Shown here: piece by piece, positions 16,972 to 27,313 of the stretch | Layout: the number at the start of each line of letters is the position of its first letter | Numbering within the stretch: position 1 is the first letter of the stretch | Origin: a bacterium | GTDB lineage: Bacteria > Patescibacteriota > Minisyncoccia > Phycocordibacterales > Phycocordibacteraceae | Assembly (NCBI GenBank): GCA_023269085.1 | Contig: JAHFML010000002.1 | Location: forward strand, 65,266-129,265 | Length of the DNA stretch: 64,000 nt | Direction: 5' to 3' | Position numbers and translations under genes: made by a program | Notes under the pieces: generated by a model | Databases searched by the model: none | Told to the model about the DNA's origin: nothing | What the model saw: only the letters and a program-made list of their open reading frames with translations

Positions 16972-18437
16972 ACGGTGGCAAGCGCGAAGGCGACGATCTC
17001 GTCAGCGTAGACGAGCGGCTCGCGGGTCTCGACCTCGATGCCGAAGTCGCCCTCGACCTTTATTTCGCTCACGTCGGCGCGCGCCTGCTGGAGATTGCCG
17101 ATGCTCCCGCGCGCGACCTCGGTGTCGCCGCGCATAATCTTGACGCGGGCGCCTCTCGCGAGCACGCCCGAGATATGGCGCGCGCCGACGACCTGCTTCT
17201 TTGCGGCCGAAGAGAATGGCTTCAAGACCTTCGCTCGCCCTTGCTCCTGCTCGACTTCGATAGAAGGTACGCGCGCTTTGAGTAGTTTCGTCACCTGCTC
17301 GGAGAGTTCATAGATAATCGAGAAGGAGAGGACAGTCACCGCATCGCGCTCGGAGAGCTCGCGGGCTATCGCGTCGGTGCCGGTGTTGAAGGCGATAATC
17401 GTCGCGCCCGAGGCATGGGCAATCTTCACATCATTTTCTGAGACACTCCCGACGCTCGAGGCGACGATGCGGATCGCGGCGCGGTCGACATGGATCTTCG
17501 CAATCTCGTGAACAATCGCGTCGATCGAGCCGGCGACATCGGTCTTCACGACGAGAGGGAGCTCGGTTATTCCCTCGGCGGCCCGTTCGTGTTCAGGAGT
17601 GACGGCTGTTGCGGTTGCGTTGGCTGCGGCTCGCGCTTCAGCCTCTTTTTTATTCTTCGCGATAGTGAAGAGGGAACCGGCGGTCGGCAATTTATTAAAG
17701 CCTGAGATGCGCGCGGGCTCTGAAGGGCCGACGGTCTCGACCCGGGCGCCCGTGAAGTCCTCAATGAAGCGGATCGGCGCGAAGGCGTCGCCCGCGACCA
17801 CGAAGCCGTCTTTGGTCAGGGTGCCGTCCTTGACGATGAGGGTGGCCGAGGCACCGCGCTTCGGGTCTTGCGTCGCTTCGAGGACGAACCCTTCGGCTGA
17901 AGCATCAGGATCAGCGGTGAGCTCGGCGAGATCGGCCGAGAGCAAGACGAGGTCGAGCAAGTCGGGGATGCCCGCGCCGCTCTTCGATGAGATAGGCGAG
18001 TAGGCGATATCGCCGCCGAGCCCTTCGAGGTAGATCTCGTGCTCGACGAGCGAGAGCTTGGTGCGTTCGATATCGGCGTTGTTCTTGTCGATCTTGGTAA
18101 TCGCGACCACGAAGGGGATGCCCGCTTCGCGAATGGCGGCGAGCGCGTCGAGGGTCTGCGGCATGACGCCCTCATCGGCTGCGACGACGAGGATGGCGAT
18201 ATCGGCCGCCGCCGCACCGCGCGCGCGGAGCGCCTTGAAGGCTTCGTGCCCGGGCGTATCGAGGAAGGTGACCGGCCTATCGGCATGATGCGCGATATAG
18301 GCGGCGACATGCTGGGTGATGCCGCCCGCTTCGCCTGCGACGATATTGGCCTTCCGGATGTAGTCCAGGAGGGAGGATTTACCGTGATCGATGTGGCCCA
18401 TCACCGCGATGACGGGCGGTCGTGCTACTCGTGCCAT
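16968..18437 (-). CDS. infB: Translation initiation factor IF-2 (short form beginning at the G domain)
   Basis: G1 [15 protein letters not shown]3 [13 protein letters not shown]-terminal beta-barrel domains; only 489 aa. Confidence 0.9.
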   Translation of the reverse strand: MARVARPPVIAVMGHIDHGKSSLLDYIRKANIVAGEAGGITQHVAAYIAHHADRPVTFLDTPGHEAFKALRARGAAAADIAILVVAADEGVMPQTLDALAAIREAGIPFVVAITKIDKNNADIERTKLSLVEHEIYLEGLGGDIAYSPISSKSGAGIPDLLDLVLLSADLAELTADPDASAEGFVLEATQDPKRGASATLIVKDGTLTKDGFVVAGDAFAPIRFIEDFTGARVETVGPSEPARISGFNKLPTAGSLFTIAKNKKEAEARAAANATATAVTPEHERAAEGITELPLVVKTDVAGSIDAIVHEIAKIHVDRAAIRIVASSVGSVSENDVKIAHASGATIIAFNTGTDAIARELSERDAVTVLSFSIIYELSEQVTKLLKARVPSIEVEQEQGRAKVLKPFSSAAKKQVVGARHISGVLARGARVKIMRGDTEVARGSIGNLQQARADVSEIKVEGDFGIEVETREPLVYADEIVAFALATV

Positions 18438-18516
18438 AATGCTCCCATTTCATCACAAAAATTGGAAAATTACAATCGGCACGCTCGATGAGCGATGAGT
18501 CGTGTAGAATAGGGAG

Positions 18517-19680
18517 ATGCCATGGCACAAGAAGCGCGTGTATCTCGATGTCGCCGCTGGGGTGGTGGGGAATTCGTCGTCGCCGCACGAGGAGGGCCGA
18601 GCCACGAAGGCAGTGCTTGAAGAGGCGCGACGTGATATCGCACGTCTCGTCGAGGTGCAGGCCGATGATGTCATCTTCACGAGTGGCGCGACGGAGAGTA
18701 ATGCAATCGCTATTCTCGGGATCCCGCGCGCGCTTCGCGCGCGCGGGGCGAGCAACATACACGCGCTCTACCTCTCGACCGCGCACGCCTCGATTGTCGA
18801 GAATATGAAAGTGCTCGAGAGTGAGGGTGTCGCTATTGAGGCGTTGCCTATTCGCGAGTCTCGCGTCGACACCGAGGCGCTTCGTGCGATGCTACGACCC
18901 GAGACGGTGCTGGTCGCGATGGAAGCCGTCTGCGGCGAGACGGGCGTGGTATGGAATACGCGTGCGGTTGCCGAGGTTCTTCAAAAGTACAAAATTGGAC
19001 ATGATATGTCCGATTTGGGTGGACACCTAGTGTCCACCCGTCTGCGGGTGTTTTTGCATGTCGACGCGAGTCAGGCGTCATTGACCGAGAAGATTTCGCG
19101 CGAGCACTTCGGCGCGGACACGCTCACGCTCGACGGCGCGAAGGTCGGGCCGCGTGGTATCGGCCTACTCGTCGCGCATCGGACGATACCGATGGCGCCA
19201 CTCTACGCGGGTGGCGGGCAGGAGCGGGGAGTGCGGCCGGGGAGCGAGGCGCCGGAGCTCGCGCGGGAGTTCGCGGCGGCGCTTCACGCCGCCACAGATG
19301 GTGCTCCTGCATTTCGCGCCGCCGCAGAGCGGCGGCGCGTCGAGCTTGTGACGAATCTCACCGCTATTCCAGGTTTGGTTATCAATGAGGGCCGTACGCA
19401 AGCGCCGAACATCCTCAACCTCTCGCTCCTCGGCCGCGATACGGATTATCTCGTCGCGCTTCTCGACGAGGCCGGCTTCGCGCTCGCGACGCGGAGCGCC
19501 TGTGAGACCGACAGCATGACCGGCTCGCGCGCGGTTGAGGCGCTCATGGGCGACGCCGCGCGCGCTCGCGCGACCCTACGCGTCTCGTGGGGGAGCGCGA
19601 CGCGTCCGCGCGACCTCACGGATTTTGCAAAGGCACTTTCGCGTGCGGTCGCATTCATTGACAGCGCCAACAAGAGGTAG
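18517..19680 (+). CDS. Cysteine desulfurase / class V aminotransferase (IscS/NifS-like) with in-frame palindrome insertions
   Basis: PLP fold-type I signatures (SGATESNAIA..., HVDASQA); two palindromes at 18997-19039 encode ...KIGHDMSDLGGHLVSTRL... in frame. Confidence 0.7.
   Translation: MPWHKKRVYLDVAAGVVGNSSSPHEEGRATKAVLEEARRDIARLVEVQADDVIFTSGATESNAIAILGIPRALRARGASNIHALYLSTAHASIVENMKVLESEGVAIEALPIRESRVDTEALRAMLRPETVLVAMEAVCGETGVVWNTRAVAEVLQKYKIGHDMSDLGGHLVSTRLRVFLHVDASQASLTEKISREHFGADTLTLDGAKVGPRGIGLLVAHRTIPMAPLYAGGGQERGVRPGSEAPELAREFAAALHAATDGAPAFRAAAERRRVELVTNLTAIPGLVINEGRTQAPNILNLSLLGRDTDYLVALLDEAGFALATRSACETDSMTGSRAVEALMGDAARARATLRVSWGSATRPRDLTDFAKALSRAVAFIDSANKR
18997..19011. repeat. 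Palindrome family C unit GGACATGATATGTCC
   Basis: Identical 15-mer at 61014-61028 (inside tgt). Confidence 0.8.
19017..19039. repeat. Palindrome family B unit GGGTGGACACCTAGTGTCCACCC
   Basis: Same core at 60303-60335 (tgt) and twice at 62541-62597 (uvrB). Confidence 0.85.
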
Positions 19681-19693
19681 CATTATACTAGAT

Positions 19694-20464
19694 ATGAATA
19701 TCGAAGAACTCTCAAAATCTCAGCTCATACTTCTCACCATCCTCGTGAACTTCGTCACGAGTGTTGCGACGGGTATCCTCACGGTCTCGCTCCTCGACCA
19801 TGCGCCGGCTCTGGTGACGCAGACGGTGAATAGAGTCGTTGAGCACACGATAGAGACCGTCTCACAGGTCGCACCGACGATCATCTCGTCGCCGGCACCA
19901 TCCAACCAAGATCTTGTGACCGCCGCGCTTGGTGTCGACGCGACACGGGTGGTCGCTATCTATTCTGCGACGGCGGGCACATCGACTCCGGCGATTGCCG
20001 TGGGCACCTTCATCCCGAAGTCGCGCATCGTCGTGACGGCCGCACAAGACGATCTCCCGAAGGAGGCGCATATCAAGTTCACGAGCGGCGTCACGCTCGC
20101 TGCCTCACTCTCGCGTCTCGGCAAAGGCATCGCCATCTACGGATTCTCGAATAATGCCAACCTGCCCAAAATGACCTCACCAGCTTTGGTCGCGTCAAGC
20201 GACTTGAAGCTCGGTCAGACTGCGCTCGCCATTGGCGCTGATGGTTCGGCCTCGACCGGCATCGTCTCGCGCACGAGCGAGAAGAGCGTCTCCACGACAC
20301 TTCCGAATGTCGGCGCGGGGAGCGCCGCCGTCGACCTCTCCGGTAATCTGATCGGCATCGCCGCCGGAGGCGAGACATCGGGACTCCTCATCAGCACCAA
20401 CATCATCACGGCGCTACTCACCGCGACTTCGACCGCGACCTCGACCGCCGCGAAGGCACCATAA
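19694..20464 (+). CDS. Hypothetical membrane-anchored Ala/Ser/Thr-rich protein (weak trypsin-like serine protease resemblance)
   Basis: N-terminal [23 protein letters not shown]; ...[18 protein letters not shown]... weakly resembles the S1 protease substrate-binding region; start moved to ATG 19694. Confidence 0.35.
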   Translation: MNIEELSKSQLILLTILVNFVTSVATGILTVSLLDHAPALVTQTVNRVVEHTIETVSQVAPTIISSPAPSNQDLVTAALGVDATRVVAIYSATAGTSTPAIAVGTFIPKSRIVVTAAQDDLPKEAHIKFTSGVTLAASLSRLGKGIAIYGFSNNANLPKMTSPALVASSDLKLGQTALAIGADGSASTGIVSRTSEKSVSTTLPNVGAGSAAVDLSGNLIGIAAGGETSGLLISTNIITALLTATSTATSTAAKAP

Positions 20465-20468
20465 CGCT

Positions 20469-23168
20469 ATGCCTCCCTTCAACCACTTCACGACGAAAGC
20501 GAAGGAGGCGGTGCGCCGCGCGCACGAGCTCGCTATCGAGCGCGGACAGAACCATGTTTCGCCGCTCCACATGCTCGCCGCGCTCGTCTTGCAGGAGGAG
20601 TCGCTCGTCTTCTCGATGCTCGATCGCATGGAGATTGACACGACCTTGCTCGCCGATGCGGTCATCGAGCACCTCGAGACGCCCGAGAACTCCTCGGTGC
20701 TCTCGCCCTCCTACCAGATCTACCTCACGCCCGAGCTGACCCAAGCGCTCGAAGCGTCGGGTAAGATCGCCGCGCGCTTGAATGACACCTTCGTCGGGAC
20801 AGAGCACCTCTTCCTCGCGGTGCTCGAACATCCGGGACCGACGAGCGACATCTTCACGCAGTTCGCTATTCGCGAGGACACGGCGCTCGCGGTCTTGAAG
20901 GAGCTCAAGAATTCTAAAGACGGCGGGCGCGACGCCGAGCCGAAACGTTTCCGCGCGCTCGCGAAGTATGCGCGTAATCTCACCAAGCAGGCGGCCGAGA
21001 ACAAGCTCGATCCCGTCATCGGTCGTGATACGGAGATCAATCGCATTATTCAGATCCTCTCGCGCCGCACCAAGAACAACCCGATCCTCATCGGCGAAGC
21101 GGGCGTGGGCAAGACTGCCATTGCCGAAGGTCTCGCGCTCCGCATGGCGCAGGGCGACATGCCCGAGTCCTTGCGCGGCAAGGAGCTCCTCTCGCTCGAT
21201 CTCGGCCTCATGATCGCGGGGACGAAGTATCGCGGCGAGTTCGAAGAGCGCATGAAGAACGTGATGAAGGAAGTCGAGCGATCCGAGGGCAAGGTTATTC
21301 TCTTCGTCGACGAGCTCCACACGCTCGTGGGCGCTGGGAGCGCCGAGGGCTCGCTTGATGCGTCGAATATGCTGAAGCCCGCGCTCTCTCGCGGCGAGAT
21401 CCGCGTCATCGGCGCAACGACGACGAAGGAGTATCAGAAATATATCGAGAAGGACGCCGCACTCACGCGCCGCTTCCAGTCTGTTTTCGTACAAGAGCCG
21501 TCGATTGAAGATGGTATCGCTATCTTGCGCGGCCTGCGCGACAAGTATGAGCTCTTCCACGGGGTGCGGGTGACCGACGACGCTATTGTTGCGGCGGTTG
21601 AGCTATCATCGCGCTACATCAGCGATCGTTTCTTGCCCGACAAAGCGATCGATCTCATCGACGAAGCGGCGTCGGGCCTGCGTATCGCACTCGAGAACAA
21701 GCCGCCCTTGCTCGAAGAGACTGATCGGAAGGTTCGTCGGCTTGAGATCGAGCGCCAAGCATTGCAAAAAGACTTGGAAGGTGATCATGCCAAAGAGATT
21801 AAAGAACGCATCGCGATCATCGAGGCGAGCATCGCCGATTTGAAGGAGAAGACGCGCGAGCTCGAGCTCAAGTGGACGAACGAGAAGGAAGTCTTGCAGG
21901 GCATCCGCGCCGCGAAGACCGAGCTTGAGAAATTGAAGATCCAAGCTGACGCCGCTGAAGCCGCCGCTGACCTCGGCACCGTCGCCGAGATCCGCTATGG
22001 CAAGATCCCGCATATACAGAAGGATCTTGAGATAAAGCTCAAGCGCTTGAAGACGCTTCAGAAGTCGCGCCGCGTCTTGAACGAGGAGGTCACCGAGCAG
22101 GACATTGCGGCAGTCGTCTCGCGCTGGACCGGCATACCAGTCGCCCGGATGCTTGAAGAGGAGGCGGCGAAGCTCACCCGCATGGAGGAGGCTTTGAAGG
22201 GGAGCATCATCGGCCAAGACGTCGCGGTGAAGAAGGTGACCGATGCCGTGAAGCGATCGCGCGTTGGCATCAGCGACCCGAACCGCCCTATCGGCTCGTT
22301 CCTCTTCCTCGGGCCCACCGGCGTCGGCAAGACCGAACTCAGCAAGAAGCTCGCGGAGTTTATGTTCAACGATACTGAAGCGCTCGTCCGCATCGACATG
22401 AGCGAATTTATGGAGAAGCACTCGGTCGCGAAGCTTATCGGTGCGCCGCCGGGCTATGTCGGCTATGAGGAGGCGGGTACCTTGACCGAGCGCATCCGTC
22501 ATCGCCCGTATGCGGTGGTGCTCTTCGACGAGATAGAGAAGGCGCATCCGGAAGTCTTCAACATTCTGCTCCAAGTGCTCGACTCAGGGCACCTGACCGA
22601 CGGCAAAGGGCGCAAGGTCAACTTCAAGAACACTATTGTGGTGCTCACGAGCAACATCGGCGGCGAATTCATCGATAAGCTCGCGCATATCGGCTTCGGC
22701 ACCGCTCTCGCGACCGAGACGACTCGCTTTGAAGACACGAAGGAGAAGGTGATGGACGCGCTCCGCGAACACTTCCGGCCCGAGTTCCTCAATCGTCTCG
22801 ATGACATCATCATCTTCGACCCGCTCGCGAAGGAGGCGCTCGCGCGCATCGTCGACACGCAGGTCGCTGAGGTGGTCGCGCGTCTCGCGCACAAGCGGCT
22901 CGCGCTCACGATAGCGCCCGAGGTCCACGCGTGGCTCGCCGAGAAGGGCTACAATCCCGAGTACGGCGCACGGCCGCTCCGCCGCGCTATCCAAGACACT
23001 ATCCTCACGCCGCTCGCGACCTTGATGCTCGCACAGGGCATGCTCGAAGACGGCACCGTCTCGATCTCGATTAAAAATAATCAGCCGCACTTCGAGGTGA
23101 AGAAGAGCGCGCCGCGCACGCGCCGCGTAAGTGCGGTTCGCTCCGACCGAAGCGTCGGAGTTGCTTGA
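20469..23168 (+). CDS. clpB: ATP-dependent chaperone ClpB
   Basis: Clp N-domain repeats, Walker [11 protein letters not shown] and [10 protein letters not shown], long middle coiled coil ([18 protein letters not shown]...) diagnostic of ClpB vs ClpA. Confidence 0.9.
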   Translation: MPPFNHFTTKAKEAVRRAHELAIERGQNHVSPLHMLAALVLQEESLVFSMLDRMEIDTTLLADAVIEHLETPENSSVLSPSYQIYLTPELTQALEASGKIAARLNDTFVGTEHLFLAVLEHPGPTSDIFTQFAIREDTALAVLKELKNSKDGGRDAEPKRFRALAKYARNLTKQAAENKLDPVIGRDTEINRIIQILSRRTKNNPILIGEAGVGKTAIAEGLALRMAQGDMPESLRGKELLSLDLGLMIAGTKYRGEFEERMKNVMKEVERSEGKVILFVDELHTLVGAGSAEGSLDASNMLKPALSRGEIRVIGATTTKEYQKYIEKDAALTRRFQSVFVQEPSIEDGIAILRGLRDKYELFHGVRVTDDAIVAAVELSSRYISDRFLPDKAIDLIDEAASGLRIALENKPPLLEETDRKVRRLEIERQALQKDLEGDHAKEIKERIAIIEASIADLKEKTRELELKWTNEKEVLQGIRAAKTELEKLKIQADAAEAAADLGTVAEIRYGKIPHIQKDLEIKLKRLKTLQKSRRVLNEEVTEQDIAAVVSRWTGIPVARMLEEEAAKLTRMEEALKGSIIGQDVAVKKVTDAVKRSRVGISDPNRPIGSFLFLGPTGVGKTELSKKLAEFMFNDTEALVRIDMSEFMEKHSVAKLIGAPPGYVGYEEAGTLTERIRHRPYAVVLFDEIEKAHPEVFNILLQVLDSGHLTDGKGRKVNFKNTIVVLTSNIGGEFIDKLAHIGFGTALATETTRFEDTKEKVMDALREHFRPEFLNRLDDIIIFDPLAKEALARIVDTQVAEVVARLAHKRLALTIAPEVHAWLAEKGYNPEYGARPLRRAIQDTILTPLATLMLAQGMLEDGTVSISIKNNQPHFEVKKSAPRTRRVSAVRSDRSVGVA

Positions 23169-23195
23169 GTACCGCGGGTCTGCTATATTTCTCGC

Positions 23196-23351
23196 ATGTC
23201 CCAAATTCGCCTTATCAAGCTCAAGTCGACGAAGTCGCCGCATGTCATCTGGACGCGCAAGAACAAGAAGACTGTCGAGCGCAAGATCGAGCTCACGAAG
23301 TTCGACCCGACGCTCCGCAAGCGCGTCACCTTCAAAGAGGCGAAGAAATAA
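23196..23351 (+). CDS. rpmG: 50S ribosomal protein L33
   Basis: Manual translation MSQIRLIKLKSTKSPHVIWTRKNKKTVERKIELTKFDPTLRKRVTFKEAKK, matching L33 (...[21 protein letters not shown]); too short for the ORF track. Confidence 0.8.
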   Translation: MSQIRLIKLKSTKSPHVIWTRKNKKTVERKIELTKFDPTLRKRVTFKEAKK

Positions 23352-23457
23352 TTTTTTGTGCTATTCTCAGCACAAGGGCCTATATCGAAACGCCGATATA
23401 TGCCCTCATTCGGCGAACAAGAATAATTGCAGACAATCATTCTTGTTGCCTCATTTC

Positions 23458-23528
23458 GGGCCTATAGTTTAGGGGTAGAACGGCGGTCTCCAAAACCGCT
23501 AGCCCAGGTTCGATTCCTGGTGGGCCCG
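23458..23528 (+). tRNA. tRNA-Trp (anticodon CCA)
   Basis: Acceptor GGGCCTA/TGGGCCC, anticodon loop CUCCAAA, T-arm CCAGGTTCGATTCCTGG; canonical position after rpmG. Confidence 0.9.
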
Positions 23529-23598
23529 CTAAAAAATTTGGGAAAAGAAGATTGGGGAAAAGCACGCGGCGCAGAGCGGCGCACGGTATACTGTTGCT

Positions 23599-24630
23599 AT
23601 GCATCGTCGTCTAGCTCTTCTCGCGCTCCTGCTTCTTGTGGGCTCTTTTGCTTTGCCGCACCTCGTGTACGCGGAAACGATACCGTTCTTCGGGCCAATT
23701 ATTCCCGATGCAAACAACCAATGCGCCGCCGGCTGGGGTATGCTTATCGTCGTCATAAACAACATTATCGAATTTGGGCTCACGATATTCATTATCTTCG
23801 TCATGCCGATTATGATTGCGTATTCCGGTTTTCTTTTCGTATGGAATCCGGTCAACTCGGGCGGGATCGCACAGGCGAAGAGCATCCTCACGAACTCTAT
23901 CGTCGGCCTCGTCATCGCGCTCGCGGCGTGGATGGTCGTCGACGCAGTCATGGCGGCACTCTACAACCCGAACGCGACGAGTACGACCAAAAATTGGGTC
24001 GACCTCATCACGCTCGGCGGCGCGCCGGACTGCATTATCCAGACTAGTGCACTCAATTCACTCGATCAGTCGAATCTGCAAGGAGGATCTGAAGTGACGG
24101 GCGTGAGTGCCGATGGCGGGAAGTTCCTCACCCTCCCGACGAACGGCGCGTGCACGGCTGATAATCTCAAGACTGCGGCACAGCAGGCGAACGTCTCTCT
24201 GACCCAAGCGCAGGCCGAAACGCTCTCCTGTCTCGCCGTGGCCGAGAGCACGTGCGGCACCAACACGAGTGTCGCAAGGCAGGCTAACGGCAAGCCAACA
24301 ACGGCAAATGGCATGTTCCAGATTATTCTCGGTCTTAATGACACCTGTCATAATCTAAACATTCCCGCATGCACGGCCGCGGCGCAAGCGGCGGGATACA
24401 AAAGCATAACCGGCAATCTCAACTGCTCGACAGCGTTCAGCGATGGTCTACCAAAAGCGAACATGCCGAATCTCGCCGCGGCATGCAAAGTGGCAGCAGC
24501 AGATCTCCCCTGCAATACTGCCGCCGCCGCATGTCTCATAAAAACAGGCGGTGGCAGTTATGGTGCGTGGACAGCCGATCCGCGAAGTGCAACACAGAAA
24601 AACTGCGTCACACGATATGCCGGAAAATAA
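23599..24630 (+). CDS. Fusion protein: VirB2/TrbC-type pilin-like N-terminus + C-terminal lytic transglycosylase (SLT/VirB1-like) domain, Cys-rich
   Basis: Signal peptide, two hydrophobic segments (GMLIVVINNIIEFGLTIFIIFVMPIMIAY; ILTNSIVGLVIALAAWMVVDAV), then SLT signature ...AVAESTCGTN...GKPTTANGMFQI... (E-S...G[LM][MF]Q) and ~14 Cys. Confidence 0.55.
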   Translation: MHRRLALLALLLLVGSFALPHLVYAETIPFFGPIIPDANNQCAAGWGMLIVVINNIIEFGLTIFIIFVMPIMIAYSGFLFVWNPVNSGGIAQAKSILTNSIVGLVIALAAWMVVDAVMAALYNPNATSTTKNWVDLITLGGAPDCIIQTSALNSLDQSNLQGGSEVTGVSADGGKFLTLPTNGACTADNLKTAAQQANVSLTQAQAETLSCLAVAESTCGTNTSVARQANGKPTTANGMFQIILGLNDTCHNLNIPACTAAAQAAGYKSITGNLNCSTAFSDGLPKANMPNLAAACKVAAADLPCNTAAAACLIKTGGGSYGAWTADPRSATQKNCVTRYAGK

Positions 24631-25261
24631 ACGACTCAATCTGAAGGGCTATCTCGTCATCAGTGCGGTGATTGTTCTCACGGTTGGTGTTGGTGTCCTT
24701 GTCTTCGTTGGCGCGACGAGCAATACCTCAACGACAGTTCCCACCGCGACCGGATTGCCGGTGGCAGGGCAGACACAACCGACGACTTCAGGATCACATG
24801 CTCAATCGGTGGCTCAAGGCTCGTTCGCCCCTGCGGCGGGAGGACAGACACAATCGGTATTGACGCTCGTTTCGCGCGCTGGCGGCACGATTGTAACTAA
24901 AGATTTCTTGCACAATGGCGAGACGGTTGCGGACGTGGTAAATCCAGGAACGTATGTGCTCGCGGGGAGTCTCGGCTATTGCACCGCGAGCGGTGTGTGC
25001 GGCGCGAATGCGTCAACGACTGATTTTTCGATTTCCTATGCGACGAGTACGCAATTCTTCAACATTATCCTTCTCGCCGAGCCGGTCGGCCTTGTGCGTT
25101 CCGCCGCCGAACGTTTTTTCCTTGCGCGTCTCGGCATTGGCGAACAAGCCGCTTGTGCGCTGAACTATTTTGTCGGTACACCCTACTGGGTCAACGAGTC
25201 GTACGATAACAAAAACCTCGGCTTCAGCTTCTGCCACGGTGCGACGGCTCTGCCGAAATAA
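24617..25261 (+). CDS. Hypothetical membrane-anchored secreted protein
   Basis: TM LVISAVIVLTVGVGVLVFV then Thr/Gly-rich and Cys-containing domain; start moved to ATG 24617. Confidence 0.4.
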   Translation: MPENKRLNLKGYLVISAVIVLTVGVGVLVFVGATSNTSTTVPTATGLPVAGQTQPTTSGSHAQSVAQGSFAPAAGGQTQSVLTLVSRAGGTIVTKDFLHNGETVADVVNPGTYVLAGSLGYCTASGVCGANASTTDFSISYATSTQFFNIILLAEPVGLVRSAAERFFLARLGIGEQAACALNYFVGTPYWVNESYDNKNLGFSFCHGATALPK

Positions 25262-26186
25262 ACTTGGACATCGGATGTCCAAGTTTGCGCAACCACGCCT
25301 TCTGGCGGCGAGCGTAGTGCCAGAGTCGGGCCGAGAGAATTGGGAGAAGGGAAGCTTCGTCGCGCTCATTGCGGAGGTACCCGCCAATGATGCGATACTC
25401 GAGCCCGAGCTCGGCGAGCCGCGCGTCGCCGACCTGCTCGCGGACGCGAGCGACCTCGTCGATAAGGCCGCGATCGAGCGCGCTCGCGAGCCGTGCGTCG
25501 ATGCGCGCGCGGAGCTCTTCTCGCGGCGGATCAATCACGATCCACTTCGAGCGATAGCGAGATCCCGAGTCTGTCGAGGGACGATTGCGGCGCGGGACAG
25601 AGCCAAGCGCGTCGATTATCTCGAGAGCGCGGATGAGTCGACGACGGTTGAGCGGGTCGAGCTCGGCGGCGCGACGTGCGTCGGCACGCTGCACCCGCGC
25701 ATACAGCTCTTCGGTCGGGAGCTGTTCGAGCTCGGCGCGAAGGCTCGGATTCGCGTCGACGCTGGCGGGGAGCCCGTGCAGAAGCGCATCAAAATAAAAA
25801 TGCGTCCCGCCCGCGAGGATCGGCAATTTGCCGCGGCTCGTTATCTCTTTGATAAGTCGCGTCGCGTCCTGCACGAAGTCGCCCGCAGAATAGGCATCGC
25901 TCGCGTCACGAATGTCGATAAGGTGGTGTTGCACCCCCTGCATCTCTTCGAGCGTAATCTTCTCGGTGCCGATATCGAGGCCGCGATATACCTGCCGCGA
26001 GTCGACCGAGATTATCTCGCCACCTCGCGCGAGCGCCTCCTGCACCGCGCGCGATGACTTGCCTGAAGCGGTCGGGCCCGCTATGCAGAGGATCCGTTCG
26101 CCAGCAGACTGGCTCAGGACGTCGCTTCGCTCCGTTTGTGCTGTCATTGGGGGCGATGGTATCATATATTGCATACGATTACTCAT
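25224..26186 (-). CDS. miaA: tRNA dimethylallyltransferase
   Basis: P-loop GPTASGKS, DSRQVYRGLDIGT, GGTHFYF; C-terminal tail carries a palindrome. Confidence 0.85.
   Translation of the reverse strand: MSNRMQYMIPSPPMTAQTERSDVLSQSAGERILCIAGPTASGKSSRAVQEALARGGEIISVDSRQVYRGLDIGTEKITLEEMQGVQHHLIDIRDASDAYSAGDFVQDATRLIKEITSRGKLPILAGGTHFYFDALLHGLPASVDANPSLRAELEQLPTEELYARVQRADARRAAELDPLNRRRLIRALEIIDALGSVPRRNRPSTDSGSRYRSKWIVIDPPREELRARIDARLASALDRGLIDEVARVREQVGDARLAELGLEYRIIGGYLRNERDEASLLPILSARLWHYARRQKAWLRKLGHPMSKFISAEPSHRGRS
25260..25286. repeat. Palindrome family C-related 27-nt perfect palindrome AAACTTGGACATCGGATGTCCAAGTTT
   Basis: Sits exactly at convergent gene ends: overlaps TAA of 24617..25261 and the last codons of miaA (encodes ...LGHPMSKF...). 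Confidence 0.8.
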
Positions 26187-26200
26187 CTAACCCTATAACT

Positions 26201-26860
26201 ATGAAAGAAACAAAAAGCAACTACTGTGAATACTGCGGCGAATTCCACGACGCGGTGCACGACCACTTCTCGCTCGTGAAGGTCGGCGAGCCGGTGCCCG
26301 ACTTCGAGTTCGAAGTCTTCCATAACGACGCAGTCAAGACGATGAGCCTCTCACAGCTCCGCGGCAAGTGGGCGATACTCGTCTTCTATCCGGCGGACTT
26401 CACCTTCGTTTGCCCGACGGAGCTCGAGGAGCTCGCACGGCTCTATCCGAAGTTCCAGTCGCTAAACGCCGAGATTATCTCGGTCTCTTCAGACACCGTC
26501 TTCACGCACAAGGCGTGGCACGACACCTCGGTAGGTATCAAAGAGATTCAGTATCCGATGGCGGCTGACCCGTCGGGCAAAATGGCTGACGCCTTCGGCG
26601 TGCTTATCGAGGGCGACGGGCCCGAGCTCACGCCGAACGAAGGGCTCGCCCAGCGCGGCACCTTCATTATCGACCCGGCCGGCACGCTTCGCTCGATGGA
26701 GATTACTGACGGCTCGATAGGGCGCAAGGGCGCCGAGACGCTTCGCAAGCTCCAAGCCGCGCAGTTCGTCGATACACACAAAGGCCTCGTCTGTCCTGCT
26801 TCATGGGAGCCGGGCGACGACACTCTCGAGCCCGGCCTCGATCTGGTAGGGAAGTTGTAA
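26201..26860 (+). CDS. Peroxiredoxin (AhpC/TSA family, 2-Cys type) with N-terminal Cys/His-rich extension
   Basis: FTFVCPTE peroxidatic Cys motif, resolving Cys near the C-terminus (GLVCPASW); start moved to ATG 26201. Confidence 0.85.
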   Translation: MKETKSNYCEYCGEFHDAVHDHFSLVKVGEPVPDFEFEVFHNDAVKTMSLSQLRGKWAILVFYPADFTFVCPTELEELARLYPKFQSLNAEIISVSSDTVFTHKAWHDTSVGIKEIQYPMAADPSGKMADAFGVLIEGDGPELTPNEGLAQRGTFIIDPAGTLRSMEITDGSIGRKGAETLRKLQAAQFVDTHKGLVCPASWEPGDDTLEPGLDLVGKL

Positions 26861-26883
26861 TTGAGAGGTAAATAAAAAGATTG

Positions 26884-26912
26884 AACGGCGCGACTGGGAA
26901 GTCGCGCCGTTG
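26884..26912. terminator. Bidirectional terminator hairpin AACGGCGCGAC-tgggaa-GTCGCGCCGTT
   Basis: Between convergent peroxiredoxin (+) and ORF 26916..27230 (-); T-rich run on the minus-strand side. Confidence 0.65.
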
Positions 26913-26915
26913 TCT

Positions 26916-27230
26916 TCAGTCGCAGGAGTATCCCTCTGGGGCATACACTTGCTCGCGGTCTGTTTCGCCGTTCGGGCCGCAAATCCATCCCCATGCAATG
27001 AACGAATGTTTGTCGGGATCTCTCCCATACCATCCTGCGGTGTGTCCAGTGGAACATCCGCACTCCATGTAGCTTAAATATCCACGGGGGTAGAATGTGA
27101 TATCGGTCCAGTTATTTCTCCAGGCAACAGTAACCGTTTGGGGCGCAGTTCGTAGGAAATGGGAAATTCGCTGAGTCAATTCCCATTTTTCATCAGTTTT
27201 CCTTTCGATAAGTTTCCATTTGTCGCACAT
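26916..27230 (-). CDS. Hypothetical small Cys/Trp-rich protein
   Basis: ORF only; 104 aa; no recognizable domain. Confidence 0.35.
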   Translation of the reverse strand: MCDKWKLIERKTDEKWELTQRISHFLRTAPQTVTVAWRNNWTDITFYPRGYLSYMECGCSTGHTAGWYGRDPDKHSFIAWGWICGPNGETDREQVYAPEGYSCD

Positions 27231-27313
27231 GTCAATTCCTTCTGCCGGTTGTTATTCCAGAGATAACCTTACCTATGTTTAGACAGATTTGCAAATGACT
27301 TTTAAATTTCGAG

